Part shown: positions 55,522 to 64,000 of the stretch, piece after piece
Numbering within the stretch: position 1 is the first letter of the stretch
How the letters are laid out: each line of letters starts with the position of its first letter
Assembly (NCBI GenBank): GCA_964450435.1
Contig: CAYVCX010000003.1
Coordinates: 56,221-120,220 of the forward strand
Reading direction: 5' to 3'
DNA: 64,000 nucleotides
Source: an uncultured Anaerolineales bacterium
GTDB taxonomy: Bacteria > Chloroflexota > Anaerolineae > B4-G1
Made by a program: the position numbers and the translations under genes
Notes under the pieces: model-generated
Database searches by the model: none
What the model saw: the letters and a program-made list of their open reading frames with translations, nothing else
What the model was told of the DNA's origin: nothing

Positions 55522-57852
55522 CTACGTCAGATAGGCCAGTCCCTGGTCCTCGATGCTGTCCATCACCAGGTCGAGATGCCGCCCACCCGTCATCCCTGGA
55601 ACGTCTATCACTTTGACATAGTGTGAAAAGTCCGCGCGGTCAGGGAGCAGCTCTGCCAGGACATTGGGCGCTTCATCAAAGAACCGCCGGTTGAACACTG
55701 TCTCGGGTTCGTTCAGGTACAGGGGCAAGGGATAGATGTGTGATTCCACCAGATCCTGGAAGAAATGGGTCCCGTACGAAACTTCAGGGGCACCCTCTTT
55801 GCCTGTCCGGGCAATCTCCACAAGCGCGCGGCTATTATATATTTCGGCATACGTGACTTTGAGCCCCAAGTCGATGTTGGTGGTCCCCCATCGGCCGGGT
55901 CCCATCAAGATGAACCGCTCTCCCTCCAGCCGCTTGTTTAGTCGGCCTACGACTCGGGCTACCTCCAACTTGGTCGTACGATCCGGTGCCTCGTCGTATG
56001 CCTCTGGATCCACGTAGACAACGTAGCGGATCCTCGTGACCTTCCCATGGGGCACCATTCGGTGGGTCAAAAACACAACGTCACGCCGTGGGATTTCGTC
56101 GACAGGCACGTCTATGGTCCTTCCTCCCTCGCGCCAGCTCTGTGGACGGCACTGAAGCAGGTGGAGAGTGAACTGTTCTGGTTTCTCCCTCGAGATATCG
56201 ACGGTAAACTCGATGTCCACCGGCCGTCCGTAGTGCTGCTCCAGCTTGTGGAGTACCCCCTGCAGCAGCGTCACAAAGTCGTCGTTCTTCACCAGCTGTT
56301 CAAAAGTGAGCACGAACTGCGATTGCCCGAGGGCGCCCGGAGCGTAGATCGGTTGCAGATAGCTCCCCTTGTCCTCCGACGCCAGCAATCGGATGTTTGG
56401 ATAATCGTGCTCCAGCACATCGCTCACAGGAAGTGTCTTGAACGCGTTCGCCTTCAGATCGATAAGATCCACGAAGTGTTGCGAGTACTTCCGGATCTCT
56501 TCGACGCTGGTCTCGGGCCTCAGCTGGGGGTGGCTCAACGCGACCATCCGTGGGTAATCGTTCGCGACACGGTCCACGGCACGTGTTCCCAATCCCCACA
56601 CAAGACGTAGAAGACCGTCCTCGGGTCGGATCTTCTGACTCCAGCGGAACGGATTGCGACTGAAGCCCACACCCGCCAACGTGGGAAACAAGTAGTCTCC
56701 GTATCGATCTCCCTGCACCTTCTGAATCAGAATCGCCATGCGCTCGTCGTAGTCCACGAGCCCCATCCGTTGCCTATAGAGCAGTGCGTCCGGGCTCAAG
56801 ACGCTGGCATAGATGCGGCGGATCGCTCCGGTCAGCGCGTGCAGATTTTCCTCTGGCGTGCCCTGATTTGGACAGAAAAAGCTGTCGTATTTCCCCGCGA
56901 AAGAGAAACCGAAGTTGTCCTCCAGCAGGCTTGAGGATCGGACAATCAGCGGTGCGTTTTGCGCCTCGGTCAGTAGATCGCGGAGGCCAGCCACAACATT
57001 CTCAGGGAGGTCGCTTTCCACGTAGACTTGTTGGATGTAAGGGTAGTCGGATTCGATTTCCTCCTGCGCCTTGTATTTCTGGTTCAGGAACTCGTCCAGC
57101 TCATTGAGGGCATGGAAATCGTAGAACACATCGGCCCCTATGAAGTAGGACTCGGGAATAACCACGCGGCTGTGCAGATCCGGCGGATCCCCGGGATCTT
57201 CCCGCAATAGGATCTTCCAGGCCAGCATCATTCCTGCTGCCTTTCCGCCGATCTTGCCGTGGCCGATGCGCCGTGCGGTAATCGTCTCAAAATCGTCGGC
57301 CTCGAAGAACTGCTTGGCCAGACTGACGAAGGCCATCTGATCGCTGATGATGCTCTTGGTCAGTACGACGGTGATCTCTCTCAAGTGATGGCGGATTTCC
57401 AGGCGCTCGTCGGGGCAAAGCTCAGCATATTCTTTCGCCTGAGCCAGGAGGATACTCTGGGGAGCCAGCTCCGGGTTGAAAGACAAGGAGACTGAAGGAG
57501 TTGGTCCGTCTTCCGCCAGCACGTCACGTACGATCTCCTCGAACAATGTGTGAGGCAGGTTATAGGCGAAGTAGAAGTCCGTCAGGTGGTCTCGAATCTG
57601 CTCTAGTCGCTCTTCCCACGTCTGCACAGACTCCTGAGCGAAGGGGTCTCTGAGTCCTTCTCGTCTCTGCGAGACAATGGCTTTCTCCTTGACCTCTTCC
57701 TTAAACATCGCCCGGGTGATAACGCCTCGCGCAAAGAGTTCCTCTCGCATTCGATTGCGGATGCGATGAGCGAGAATCGGGTATTGGGAGATCTGTAGAT
57801 ACAGCGCCAAAACCTGTGGAATCGCTCCCGACCGAGGATCCATCCTGTACAC
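55522..57852 (-). CDS. PEP/pyruvate-binding (PPDK_N-like) domain protein, pyruvate-water dikinase family
   Basis: 776 aa. RRIGHGKIGGKAAGMMLAW resembles the ATP-grasp N-terminal domain of PEP synthase, PPDK and rifampin phosphotransferases. No clear C-terminal PEP-utilising His domain. Confidence 0.55.
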   Translation of the reverse strand: MYRMDPRSGAIPQVLALYLQISQYPILAHRIRNRMREELFARGVITRAMFKEEVKEKAIVSQRREGLRDPFAQESVQTWEERLEQIRDHLTDFYFAYNLPHTLFEEIVRDVLAEDGPTPSVSLSFNPELAPQSILLAQAKEYAELCPDERLEIRHHLREITVVLTKSIISDQMAFVSLAKQFFEADDFETITARRIGHGKIGGKAAGMMLAWKILLREDPGDPPDLHSRVVIPESYFIGADVFYDFHALNELDEFLNQKYKAQEEIESDYPYIQQVYVESDLPENVVAGLRDLLTEAQNAPLIVRSSSLLEDNFGFSFAGKYDSFFCPNQGTPEENLHALTGAIRRIYASVLSPDALLYRQRMGLVDYDERMAILIQKVQGDRYGDYLFPTLAGVGFSRNPFRWSQKIRPEDGLLRLVWGLGTRAVDRVANDYPRMVALSHPQLRPETSVEEIRKYSQHFVDLIDLKANAFKTLPVSDVLEHDYPNIRLLASEDKGSYLQPIYAPGALGQSQFVLTFEQLVKNDDFVTLLQGVLHKLEQHYGRPVDIEFTVDISREKPEQFTLHLLQCRPQSWREGGRTIDVPVDEIPRRDVVFLTHRMVPHGKVTRIRYVVYVDPEAYDEAPDRTTKLEVARVVGRLNKRLEGERFILMGPGRWGTTNIDLGLKVTYAEIYNSRALVEIARTGKEGAPEVSYGTHFFQDLVESHIYPLPLYLNEPETVFNRRFFDEAPNVLAELLPDRADFSHYVKVIDVPGMTGGRHLDLVMDSIEDQGLAYLT

Positions 57853-58032
57853 TCCTGCCAGACTACACGCGTCGTCTTCACCGAAGTATACCGGACGTCA
57901 CTCCACCGTCAACTTGAGCAGGTGTTCCTGGATTGACGGGACTCCCCGATTGCTGTATCATTGACACGCAGAGACAGTACGTCTGCCGTGCTGTCTCAAT
58001 CTAAATCTTGGACCATACGAGGAGGATGTTTG

Positions 58033-59313
58033 ATGGCTGCTACTGTGGTGGTTGGGGCCCAGTGGGGGGATGAGGGCAAAGGGCGTGTGGTGGACGGGCT
58101 GGCGGATGCGGCTGATGTCGTCGCCCGCTTCAACGGGGGCGACAACGCCGGGCACACCGTCGTCGCTGAGGGTCACACGCTGAAGTTGCATCTCGTTCCT
58201 TCGGGCGTCCTGTACCCCCATCTCACGCTTCTCATCGGGGCGGGCGTGGTAATCAATCCGGAGTGCCTGACTTCAGAGATGGACCAACTGGTGTCAATTG
58301 GCGCGGACGTGGGGCCATCTCGCCTCAAGATCAGCGCGGCTGCGCACGTCATTCTGCCTACCCATCGCGCTCTCGATGGCGCTCGCGAGGCCTCCCGGGG
58401 GGACGGGGCTATCGGGACCACCAAGCGAGGCATCGGCCCGACGTATGCTGACAAGGCCGCGCGGGTTAACCTGCGCGCCGGAGAGATGTCTGATCCGGAC
58501 CAGTTCGCCGCAGACGTCGTAGCACGGGTTGAGGATCACAACCGACGCCTTCAGCAGTATGGCGTCGAGCCCATGTCCGCACAGAAGTGTGCTGCTGCCT
58601 ATCGGGCTTACGCTGAGCGCTTGGCCCCGCATCTTGTGGACGGGTCTGTCCTCATTAGCGAGGCGCTAGAGGCTGGCAAGCGAGTGCTGTGCGAGGGGGC
58701 TCAAGGGTTGCTCCTGGATATTGATCACGGAACCTACCCCTACGTCACCAGCTCGTCAACCATCGCGGGGGGCGCGGCGACGGGGCTCGGATTTGGGCCC
58801 CAGCACATTGCCCGCGTCATTGGCGTTGCCAAGGCCTACACCACCCGCGTCGGTGAGGGGCCATTCCTGACCGAGTTGCTTGACGGGATTGGCGACCGGA
58901 TACGCGATGCCGGGAACGAGTTCGGGACGACAACCGGACGCCCACGCCGTTGTGGTTGGCTCGATCTCACAATCCTGCGCTACGCTGCACGTGTCAATGG
59001 ACTGGATGAACTGGCGTTGACCAAGCTGGATGTGCTCAGCGGCTTGGAGGCACTCAAGGTAGCCGTGGCTTATAGGCGGGACGATGGCAGGCGGATAGAG
59101 CACTTCCCGGCGGAGTTCGGGGTGGAGTCGTTGGCGCAGTGGGAGCCCGTGTACGATGAGTTACCTGGTTGGGAACAGGATATCACGGGTGTCCGTCGCC
59201 GGCAGGATCTCCCCGAGCCGGCTCAAGACTACGTGGCTTGCATCGAGCGTCGGGCGGGCGTGCCTGTTACGTTCATTGGCGTGGGGCCCGGGCGCGAGGA
59301 GGCTATCGCTTAG
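58033..59313 (+). CDS. purA: adenylosuccinate synthetase
   Basis: VVVGAQWGDEGKGRVVD P-loop, GGDNAGHTV, GIGPTYADK. GAGGAGGA SD before the ATG at 58033. The ORF as listed starts at 57961. Confidence 0.93.
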   Translation: MAATVVVGAQWGDEGKGRVVDGLADAADVVARFNGGDNAGHTVVAEGHTLKLHLVPSGVLYPHLTLLIGAGVVINPECLTSEMDQLVSIGADVGPSRLKISAAAHVILPTHRALDGAREASRGDGAIGTTKRGIGPTYADKAARVNLRAGEMSDPDQFAADVVARVEDHNRRLQQYGVEPMSAQKCAAAYRAYAERLAPHLVDGSVLISEALEAGKRVLCEGAQGLLLDIDHGTYPYVTSSSTIAGGAATGLGFGPQHIARVIGVAKAYTTRVGEGPFLTELLDGIGDRIRDAGNEFGTTTGRPRRCGWLDLTILRYAARVNGLDELALTKLDVLSGLEALKVAVAYRRDDGRRIEHFPAEFGVESLAQWEPVYDELPGWEQDITGVRRRQDLPEPAQDYVACIERRAGVPVTFIGVGPGREEAIA

Positions 59314-59339
59314 CTGTTGTCTGGATCGGCAGCATCACA

Positions 59340-59386
59340 GGGGCACGGCTCCAGAGGGCAATCAAGACGGAGCCGTGCCCTTTCTT
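59340..59386 (+). terminator. intrinsic terminator after purA
   Basis: 12-bp stem GGGCACGGCUCC...GGAGCCGUGCCC followed by UUUCUUG. Confidence 0.65.
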
Positions 59387-59440
59387 GCGGTTATCGGCGC
59401 CGGTCACGACCGCCGATCTCGGAAAGCCTTCCTCTCTCGA

Positions 59441-59806
59441 TTATTGCACTGGAGGAGGCGATGACTCCGCTGGACTTTGCTCCTGCATCAACTGCACTGT
59501 CCGCCGGGTGTTCTCTTCGATAGCCAGTAGGAGGTATATCAGCTCGCCGACCGCGTACAGCACCAGGGAGTAGATGATGGTACCGATTACGGTGACGATG
59601 AAGCCGACAATCCCGCTCACGATCCCCACAGCCCCCGGCATCATCTCGGGCCGTTGACCGAACTGACGCAAAATCACCTCCCCACTGCCGAGGATCCCCG
59701 CCAGCAGGATGCCGATCGCCGACAGCATCCCGGCAATCAGAGCGATCCAAGCCAGGACCTTCCACAGTGTGCCGATGATGCGCAGGACTCGAAACTTCGT
59801 TTCCAT
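59441..59806 (-). CDS. small integral membrane protein (DUF4282-like)
   Basis: 121 aa with three hydrophobic helices and a Pro/Ser-rich tail. Confidence 0.55.
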   Translation of the reverse strand: METKFRVLRIIGTLWKVLAWIALIAGMLSAIGILLAGILGSGEVILRQFGQRPEMMPGAVGIVSGIVGFIVTVIGTIIYSLVLYAVGELIYLLLAIEENTRRTVQLMQEQSPAESSPPPVQ

Positions 59807-59865
59807 GATCTTACCTCCTGGAATTGAGCTGCCCGTAACGCGACGATTGTATCACAGATCAAGCA

Positions 59866-61014
59866 TCAGGCTAGTGTCTTGCTGGCGCTCTCCCATATGA
59901 TACGGGCTGCACGCCAGGCGGCATCAGGTTGAGCCATTGCCCTGGCACACCTCGACATCTCACGCAGCGGAGACTCTTCACCCTCCAGCAGATCGCATAC
60001 TGCTCGGGCAGCCTTCTGCGGCCTCGGTGCCCACACCCCGGCACCGCCTTCCACGACGTGATCCACGTTTGCTCGCTCCTGACCCGGAAGCGCTGCAGCC
60101 AACACCATCGGCAGGCCCATGGTGAGGGCCTCACTGATGGTGCTGGGGCCGGCCTTCGTCACCAACAAGTCTGCTGCCTGCATCCAACTGTGGATGTTGT
60201 TCACAAACCCTTCTGTGCGCACCGGGAGCGGCCACTCGCGCGCTGCCAGCCTGTCTCGCAGTCGCTCGTTATGTCCTGTGATCACTACCAACTGCGCTCG
60301 CACGCCAGTGCTCGCAATGGCCTTCACGAGCTGACCGAGAGGCCCTGCGCCGTTGGCACCACTGACGATAAGTACCACTGGAACTTTCAGGCTTAACCCC
60401 AGCTCCTGCCGAGCCGTGCCTGGACTCTCCCGCGAGGCTCGGACAAAACAACGTCTTACCGGCAGTCCGATCATCTGTACCGACTCGGCTGGAAGGCCGC
60501 AGGTCAGGGCACGCTGTCGCATTCGCTCAGTCGCTACCAGGCAGCGCTCGTCCCCCGGGACGAACCACGAAGCGTGAGCAGAGGCGAGATCAGTCACCAG
60601 GGTGATCATCCGCGTGTCAGAGCGTCTCACCGTGAGCGCCCGGGCGATCGGAGCCTTCAGCAGTGGATGGCAGCAGACGATCACGTCCGCGCGGCGTTCG
60701 TCGAGCAGCTTCCGGGTTGACCTGGCCGTGAGAAGCCACCACCCGTGTCTGAGTAACGCCACGCGACGGGGCCCGTCCGTGAGGTGATACGTCATTGCCC
60801 AGGGCCAGCCGTTCAGTCGAACCAGCTGACTATAGATGGTGTCCAGTCTGCTGATAGGCCACGGGAAGTACTCCTTGGTGACGTCCACAAGGTCAACGTC
60901 GACACGGACGCTGTAGGCATCTTCCAGCGCCTCTGCCACGGCGCGAGCGGTGCTTGCGTGCCCGCCGCCGGTGTGGAGAAACACCAGCAGCACACGCCCG
61001 TGGCGCCTATTCAC
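59866..61014 (-). CDS. MGDG-synthase family glycosyltransferase (GT28; diacylglycerol glycosyltransferase)
   Basis: [23 protein letters not shown] matches the MGD1/UgtP N-terminal motif. C-terminal GT28 domain ([23 protein letters not shown]). 382 aa. Confidence 0.7.
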   Translation of the reverse strand: MNRRHGRVLLVFLHTGGGHASTARAVAEALEDAYSVRVDVDLVDVTKEYFPWPISRLDTIYSQLVRLNGWPWAMTYHLTDGPRRVALLRHGWWLLTARSTRKLLDERRADVIVCCHPLLKAPIARALTVRRSDTRMITLVTDLASAHASWFVPGDERCLVATERMRQRALTCGLPAESVQMIGLPVRRCFVRASRESPGTARQELGLSLKVPVVLIVSGANGAGPLGQLVKAIASTGVRAQLVVITGHNERLRDRLAAREWPLPVRTEGFVNNIHSWMQAADLLVTKAGPSTISEALTMGLPMVLAAALPGQERANVDHVVEGGAGVWAPRPQKAARAVCDLLEGEESPLREMSRCARAMAQPDAAWRAARIIWESASKTLA

Positions 61015-61213
61015 TGTCCCTGGACACGGATCGCGCTTGTCTCTCGAACTTTGGCCGCGGTAACATAATGCGTCGACCGCAAGTCAGACAGCGGATGCCG
61101 ACATCCGCCCCGATTCGAGTGACCTGCCACTGGTCGCCCCCGCATGGGTGGGGCTTGCGGAGGCGCACCCGATCCCCGACTTGAACGTTCTCCGGCCCCT
61201 GTTGACTGGTCAC
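61007..61213 (-). CDS. DUF951 family protein
   Basis: [40 protein letters not shown] is the typical DUF951 zinc-ribbon-like pattern. 68 aa. Confidence 0.7.
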   Translation of the reverse strand: MTSQQGPENVQVGDRVRLRKPHPCGGDQWQVTRIGADVGIRCLTCGRRIMLPRPKFERQARSVSRDSE

Positions 61214-61830
61214 AAAGTCACTTCCCGCTGGTCAACCTGGCAGTGTTCCGCACTGATGATTGCCAGGACATCGTCCACGGCCTGATCCAACTCCCCCGTC
61301 CGATTGACGACTACGTAATCGAATTCTGGTAGTCTCTTCGTCTCCTCACGGGCGGTGGCGATGCGACGCTCGACCTGCTCTGGAGAATCACCCCCTCGGG
61401 CGCGCAGTCGCCTCTTCAATTCCTCCTCTGAAGACGCGATTAGGAAGACCAACACCGCCTGCGGGGCTATCTCGCGAATAGTGGCTGCTCCTTGCACGTC
61501 TACTCGCATGACGACGTCCCTGCCCGACGCGATAGCTTCCCGGACTTGCCTCTTGGGAACACCTTTATGCTGTCCGTACACCACCGCATGCTCGATCAGC
61601 TCATCTTCCTCAATCATCTTCTCGAACTCGGCAGTGGAGACGAAGAAGTAATCCTCTCCATGCACCTCCCCGGGGCGCGGAGGACGATCGGTGACGGTCA
61701 CGACGAAGTGAAACGGGCAGCCGCGCTCTTGCATGCGCTCCACCAGGCTGTCCTTCCCGACGCCGGATGGGCCCGACACCACGATTAGCAGCGGTCGTGA
61801 CTCAAGGTCGTAGGGAGCCCTGTCTTCCAT
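61210..61830 (-). CDS. gmk: guanylate kinase
   Basis: LLIVVSGPSGVGKDSL P-loop and TTRPPRPGEVHGEDYFFV. 206 aa. Confidence 0.9.
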   Translation of the reverse strand: MEDRAPYDLESRPLLIVVSGPSGVGKDSLVERMQERGCPFHFVVTVTDRPPRPGEVHGEDYFFVSTAEFEKMIEEDELIEHAVVYGQHKGVPKRQVREAIASGRDVVMRVDVQGAATIREIAPQAVLVFLIASSEEELKRRLRARGGDSPEQVERRIATAREETKRLPEFDYVVVNRTGELDQAVDDVLAIISAEHCQVDQREVTL

Positions 61831-61956
61831 AGGCGGTCCTCAACTTGCGCTGCATGAGGGAACTTGGTATATTCATGAGCTGGTAGATTGGAGGGTGCCG
61901 GTCTGTATCCAGGCACTGTGTCAACTCGCCGATCCGCCAGCAGATGGGAGGTCAGC

Positions 61957-62361
61957 ATGCCGATCTATGAATACTACTGTCACCATTGCGAACGTCGTGT
62001 CTCGATCTTCTGGCGCACTTTTTCGAAAGCCGAAGAGGGAACAGCTGTCTGTCCCCGCTGCGACGGCACAGACCTCACGCGCCTCATGTCTCGTGTCCGG
62101 GTTGTACGTTCCGAGGAGAGCCGTCTGGACGATCTTGCGGACCCCGGCAACCTGCCGGATTTTGATGAGAACGACCCGCAGAGCCTCGGACGCTGGATGC
62201 GCAAGATGAGCAATGAGGTGGGCGAGGATCTCGGGCCCGAGTTCGACGAGGTCGTCGGGCGGCTCGAATCCGGCGAAAGCCCGGAGGATATTGAGAAATC
62301 AATGCCGGACTTGATGGGTGAGGGAGGTGACGACTTCGGAGCTGAGCCGTACGATTTCTGA
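61957..62361 (+). CDS. FmdB family zinc-ribbon protein
   Basis: MPIYEYYCHHCE...CPRCDG is the CxxC...CxxC pattern, followed by an acidic tail. GGGAGG SD before the ATG at 61957. Confidence 0.7.
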   Translation: MPIYEYYCHHCERRVSIFWRTFSKAEEGTAVCPRCDGTDLTRLMSRVRVVRSEESRLDDLADPGNLPDFDENDPQSLGRWMRKMSNEVGEDLGPEFDEVVGRLESGESPEDIEKSMPDLMGEGGDDFGAEPYDF

Positions 62362-62418
62362 GGTCCGCGGCGGACGGGTCTGTCCAGGTTGAGGGAGCCT
62401 GGCCCACATACCATCTGG

Positions 62419-63045
62419 TCAGCCTGCCCCTAGACACGTGCCCACCACAGCTCGCACGTCCGCCTGCACCTGCTCTATCGGGCGATTGGCTTCGAGTACC
62501 TCCCATCGCGCTGGTTCGGAGCTCGCCAGCGCCAGGTAGCCTGCTCGTACCCGTCGATGGAAGGCCAGCGTCTCTGCATCCATGCGGTTCCATTCTTCCC
62601 CGCTCAGCCGCCGCCGCTGCAATCCCTCTTCCGGGGTGATGTCGAAGTAGAGAATGATGTCGGGCTTCAAGCCGCGGGTCGCGAACGCTGTGATAACCCC
62701 CATCGTCTCCAGATCCAGTCCCCGTCCGTATCCTTGATAGGCCAACGAGCTGTCGGCGTACCGATCACACACCACGAGCTTGCCGGCCTCCAGTGAGGGC
62801 AAGATCAACTGCGAGACGTGCTGGGCTCGGGAGGCTGAGTAAAGGAGGAACTCTGTCCGGGGATCCATCGCGGCGTTGTGCGAGTCGTGAAGTGTGTCTC
62901 GGATCTGATCCCCTATTTTCGTCCCGCCCGGCTCCCGGGTGAGGAGGACCTCGTGGCCCTGATCGCGGAGCCACTCGACCAGCAGATACGCCTGCGTAGT
63001 CTTACCACTCCCGTCAGGGCCTTCGAGTGTGATGAAGGTGCCCAT
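62419..63045 (-). CDS. tmk: thymidylate kinase
   Basis: FITLEGPDGSGKTTQ P-loop, LTREPGGT, DRYADSSLAYQG. 208 aa. Confidence 0.92.
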   Translation of the reverse strand: MGTFITLEGPDGSGKTTQAYLLVEWLRDQGHEVLLTREPGGTKIGDQIRDTLHDSHNAAMDPRTEFLLYSASRAQHVSQLILPSLEAGKLVVCDRYADSSLAYQGYGRGLDLETMGVITAFATRGLKPDIILYFDITPEEGLQRRRLSGEEWNRMDAETLAFHRRVRAGYLALASSEPARWEVLEANRPIEQVQADVRAVVGTCLGAG

Positions 63046-63063
63046 TCGCCTCCCTCGCTGCTT

Positions 63064-64000
63064 CTATCTCTGGAATATGCGCACCTGCCGGTCAGGTTCT
63101 CTTCCGCGCGACATCGATTCTAGGTCGGCGGCCCGGGCCATCTCGTGCTGGCGACGACGGACGTAGGCGTTCTGCGGCGATAGAAGAACTTCCCCCTCGC
63201 CGCTCAGGACCTTGTCGATAGCCTCCTCGGCCTCCGCCAGCGCTTGATCCAGCGGGTCGGGTTCTCCGCTCTCCACGTCGAAGACGTCGCTCAGGCAGCC
63301 CTGCATCTGCTTGACGGTGTCGTTCCGTACCACGTAGATCGGCAGGTCATGTTCCTCTGCCTCCTTGATCGTCTTGGTACGCTGGCTGTAGAACTCCTTC
63401 GTCGTGATCATCAGATCGGCTTCCGCCAGCTGCTTCGCCAGGTGGATTGGTACGTGCATCTGCCCGGCCGCCTTCTCTACGCGATTGCGGTTGATTCCGT
63501 ACGTGTAGACATGGATCGGTTCTCTCCCGCGCGATAGGATCGGGGACGATGTCGAGGACAGAGATTCTAGAGTTCTCGGGCCTCTCTCGGGGGTGGTAAC
63601 CCTCTGCCCGCGCTCCCGCTCTAGCAGAGACACCGGCGTGGCTCTCTCCGTCCGCACCTCACCGTCGCTGTCCCGGTAGCGCCGCTCGACCTCCGAGGGA
63701 GGGATGCCGCGGAGCAGGGCGTCCACGGATTGGGCGAGTCTGTTGTGAACGATGAGTTGCTGTCGTGCCTCAATCTCGATCAGGATGTCGAACGTCGGCG
63801 GCGCGCGACGCTCCAAGATCGTCTTCTGTGTCTTGCGGCGCCGCGCTTCCTCGTCAGAGAGTGTCACGCTCTCGACGCCGCCGACCAGATCGGACAGCGT
63901 TGGGTTCATCAGCAGATTGTCCAGGGTGTTGCCGTGGGCGGTTCCGATCAGCTGGACACCTCGTTCGGCGATCGTCCGCGCTGCCACAGCCTCCAGCTCC
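63064..64000 (-). CDS. R3H domain-containing AAA-type ATPase (SpoIIIAA/Ycf45-like); N-terminus lies beyond the window end
   Basis: IGTAHGNTLDNLLMNPTLSDLVGG is the sensor region typical of the SpoIIIAA/Ycf45 family. C-terminal R3H-like block (YVRRRQHEMA...REPDRQVRIF). The frame is open to position 64000. Confidence 0.6.
   Translation of the reverse strand, partial: ELEAVAARTIAERGVQLIGTAHGNTLDNLLMNPTLSDLVGGVESVTLSDEEARRRKTQKTILERRAPPTFDILIEIEARQQLIVHNRLAQSVDALLRGIPPSEVERRYRDSDGEVRTERATPVSLLERERGQRVTTPERGPRTLESLSSTSSPILSRGREPIHVYTYGINRNRVEKAAGQMHVPIHLAKQLAEADLMITTKEFYSQRTKTIKEAEEHDLPIYVVRNDTVKQMQGCLSDVFDVESGEPDPLDQALAEAEEAIDKVLSGEGEVLLSPQNAYVRRRQHEMARAADLESMSRGREPDRQVRIFQR

Overview
A 64-kb, high-GC (about 63%) bacterial chromosomal segment that is mostly core housekeeping genes plus cell-envelope glycan loci. 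Gene order (rpsU-yqeY-pgpH-ybeY-dgkA-greA), a T-box leader and a Cheo-type LexA box point to a Terrabacteria-type lineage. My best guess is Chloroflexota, at low confidence. I recognise thrS with a T-box leader, infC with an AUU start, rplT, lon, rpoC with its own consensus promoter and an acidic EA-repeat tail, purA, gmk, tmk, lipA and mtnA. There is also a CDP-3,6-dideoxyhexose cluster (rfbF, rfbG, rfbH plus a reductase) and a DHH-DHHA1-CBS-CCA fusion enzyme. The accessory content I would look at again is in five places. (1) A LexA-box-controlled operon of an HhH radical-SAM DNA-repair protein plus an MBL-fold hydrolase. (2) A partner-switching module of a STAS protein, an RsbW-like kinase and a six-GAF PP2C phosphatase with no sigma factor nearby. 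(3) A B12-binding radical-SAM gene preceded by about 940 bp of apparently non-coding DNA that holds a consensus promoter. (4) An envelope polysaccharide locus of about 9 kb with two O-antigen-ligase-like proteins. (5) A gene-free stretch of about 1 kb with divergent consensus promoters. Canonical sigma-A promoters (TTGACA-17-TATAAT) are easy to read in this genome, and several appear to give leaderless or near-leaderless mRNAs. I found no tRNA, rRNA, CRISPR array, transposase or integrase. All calls rest on reading the sequence by eye; nothing was run against a database.
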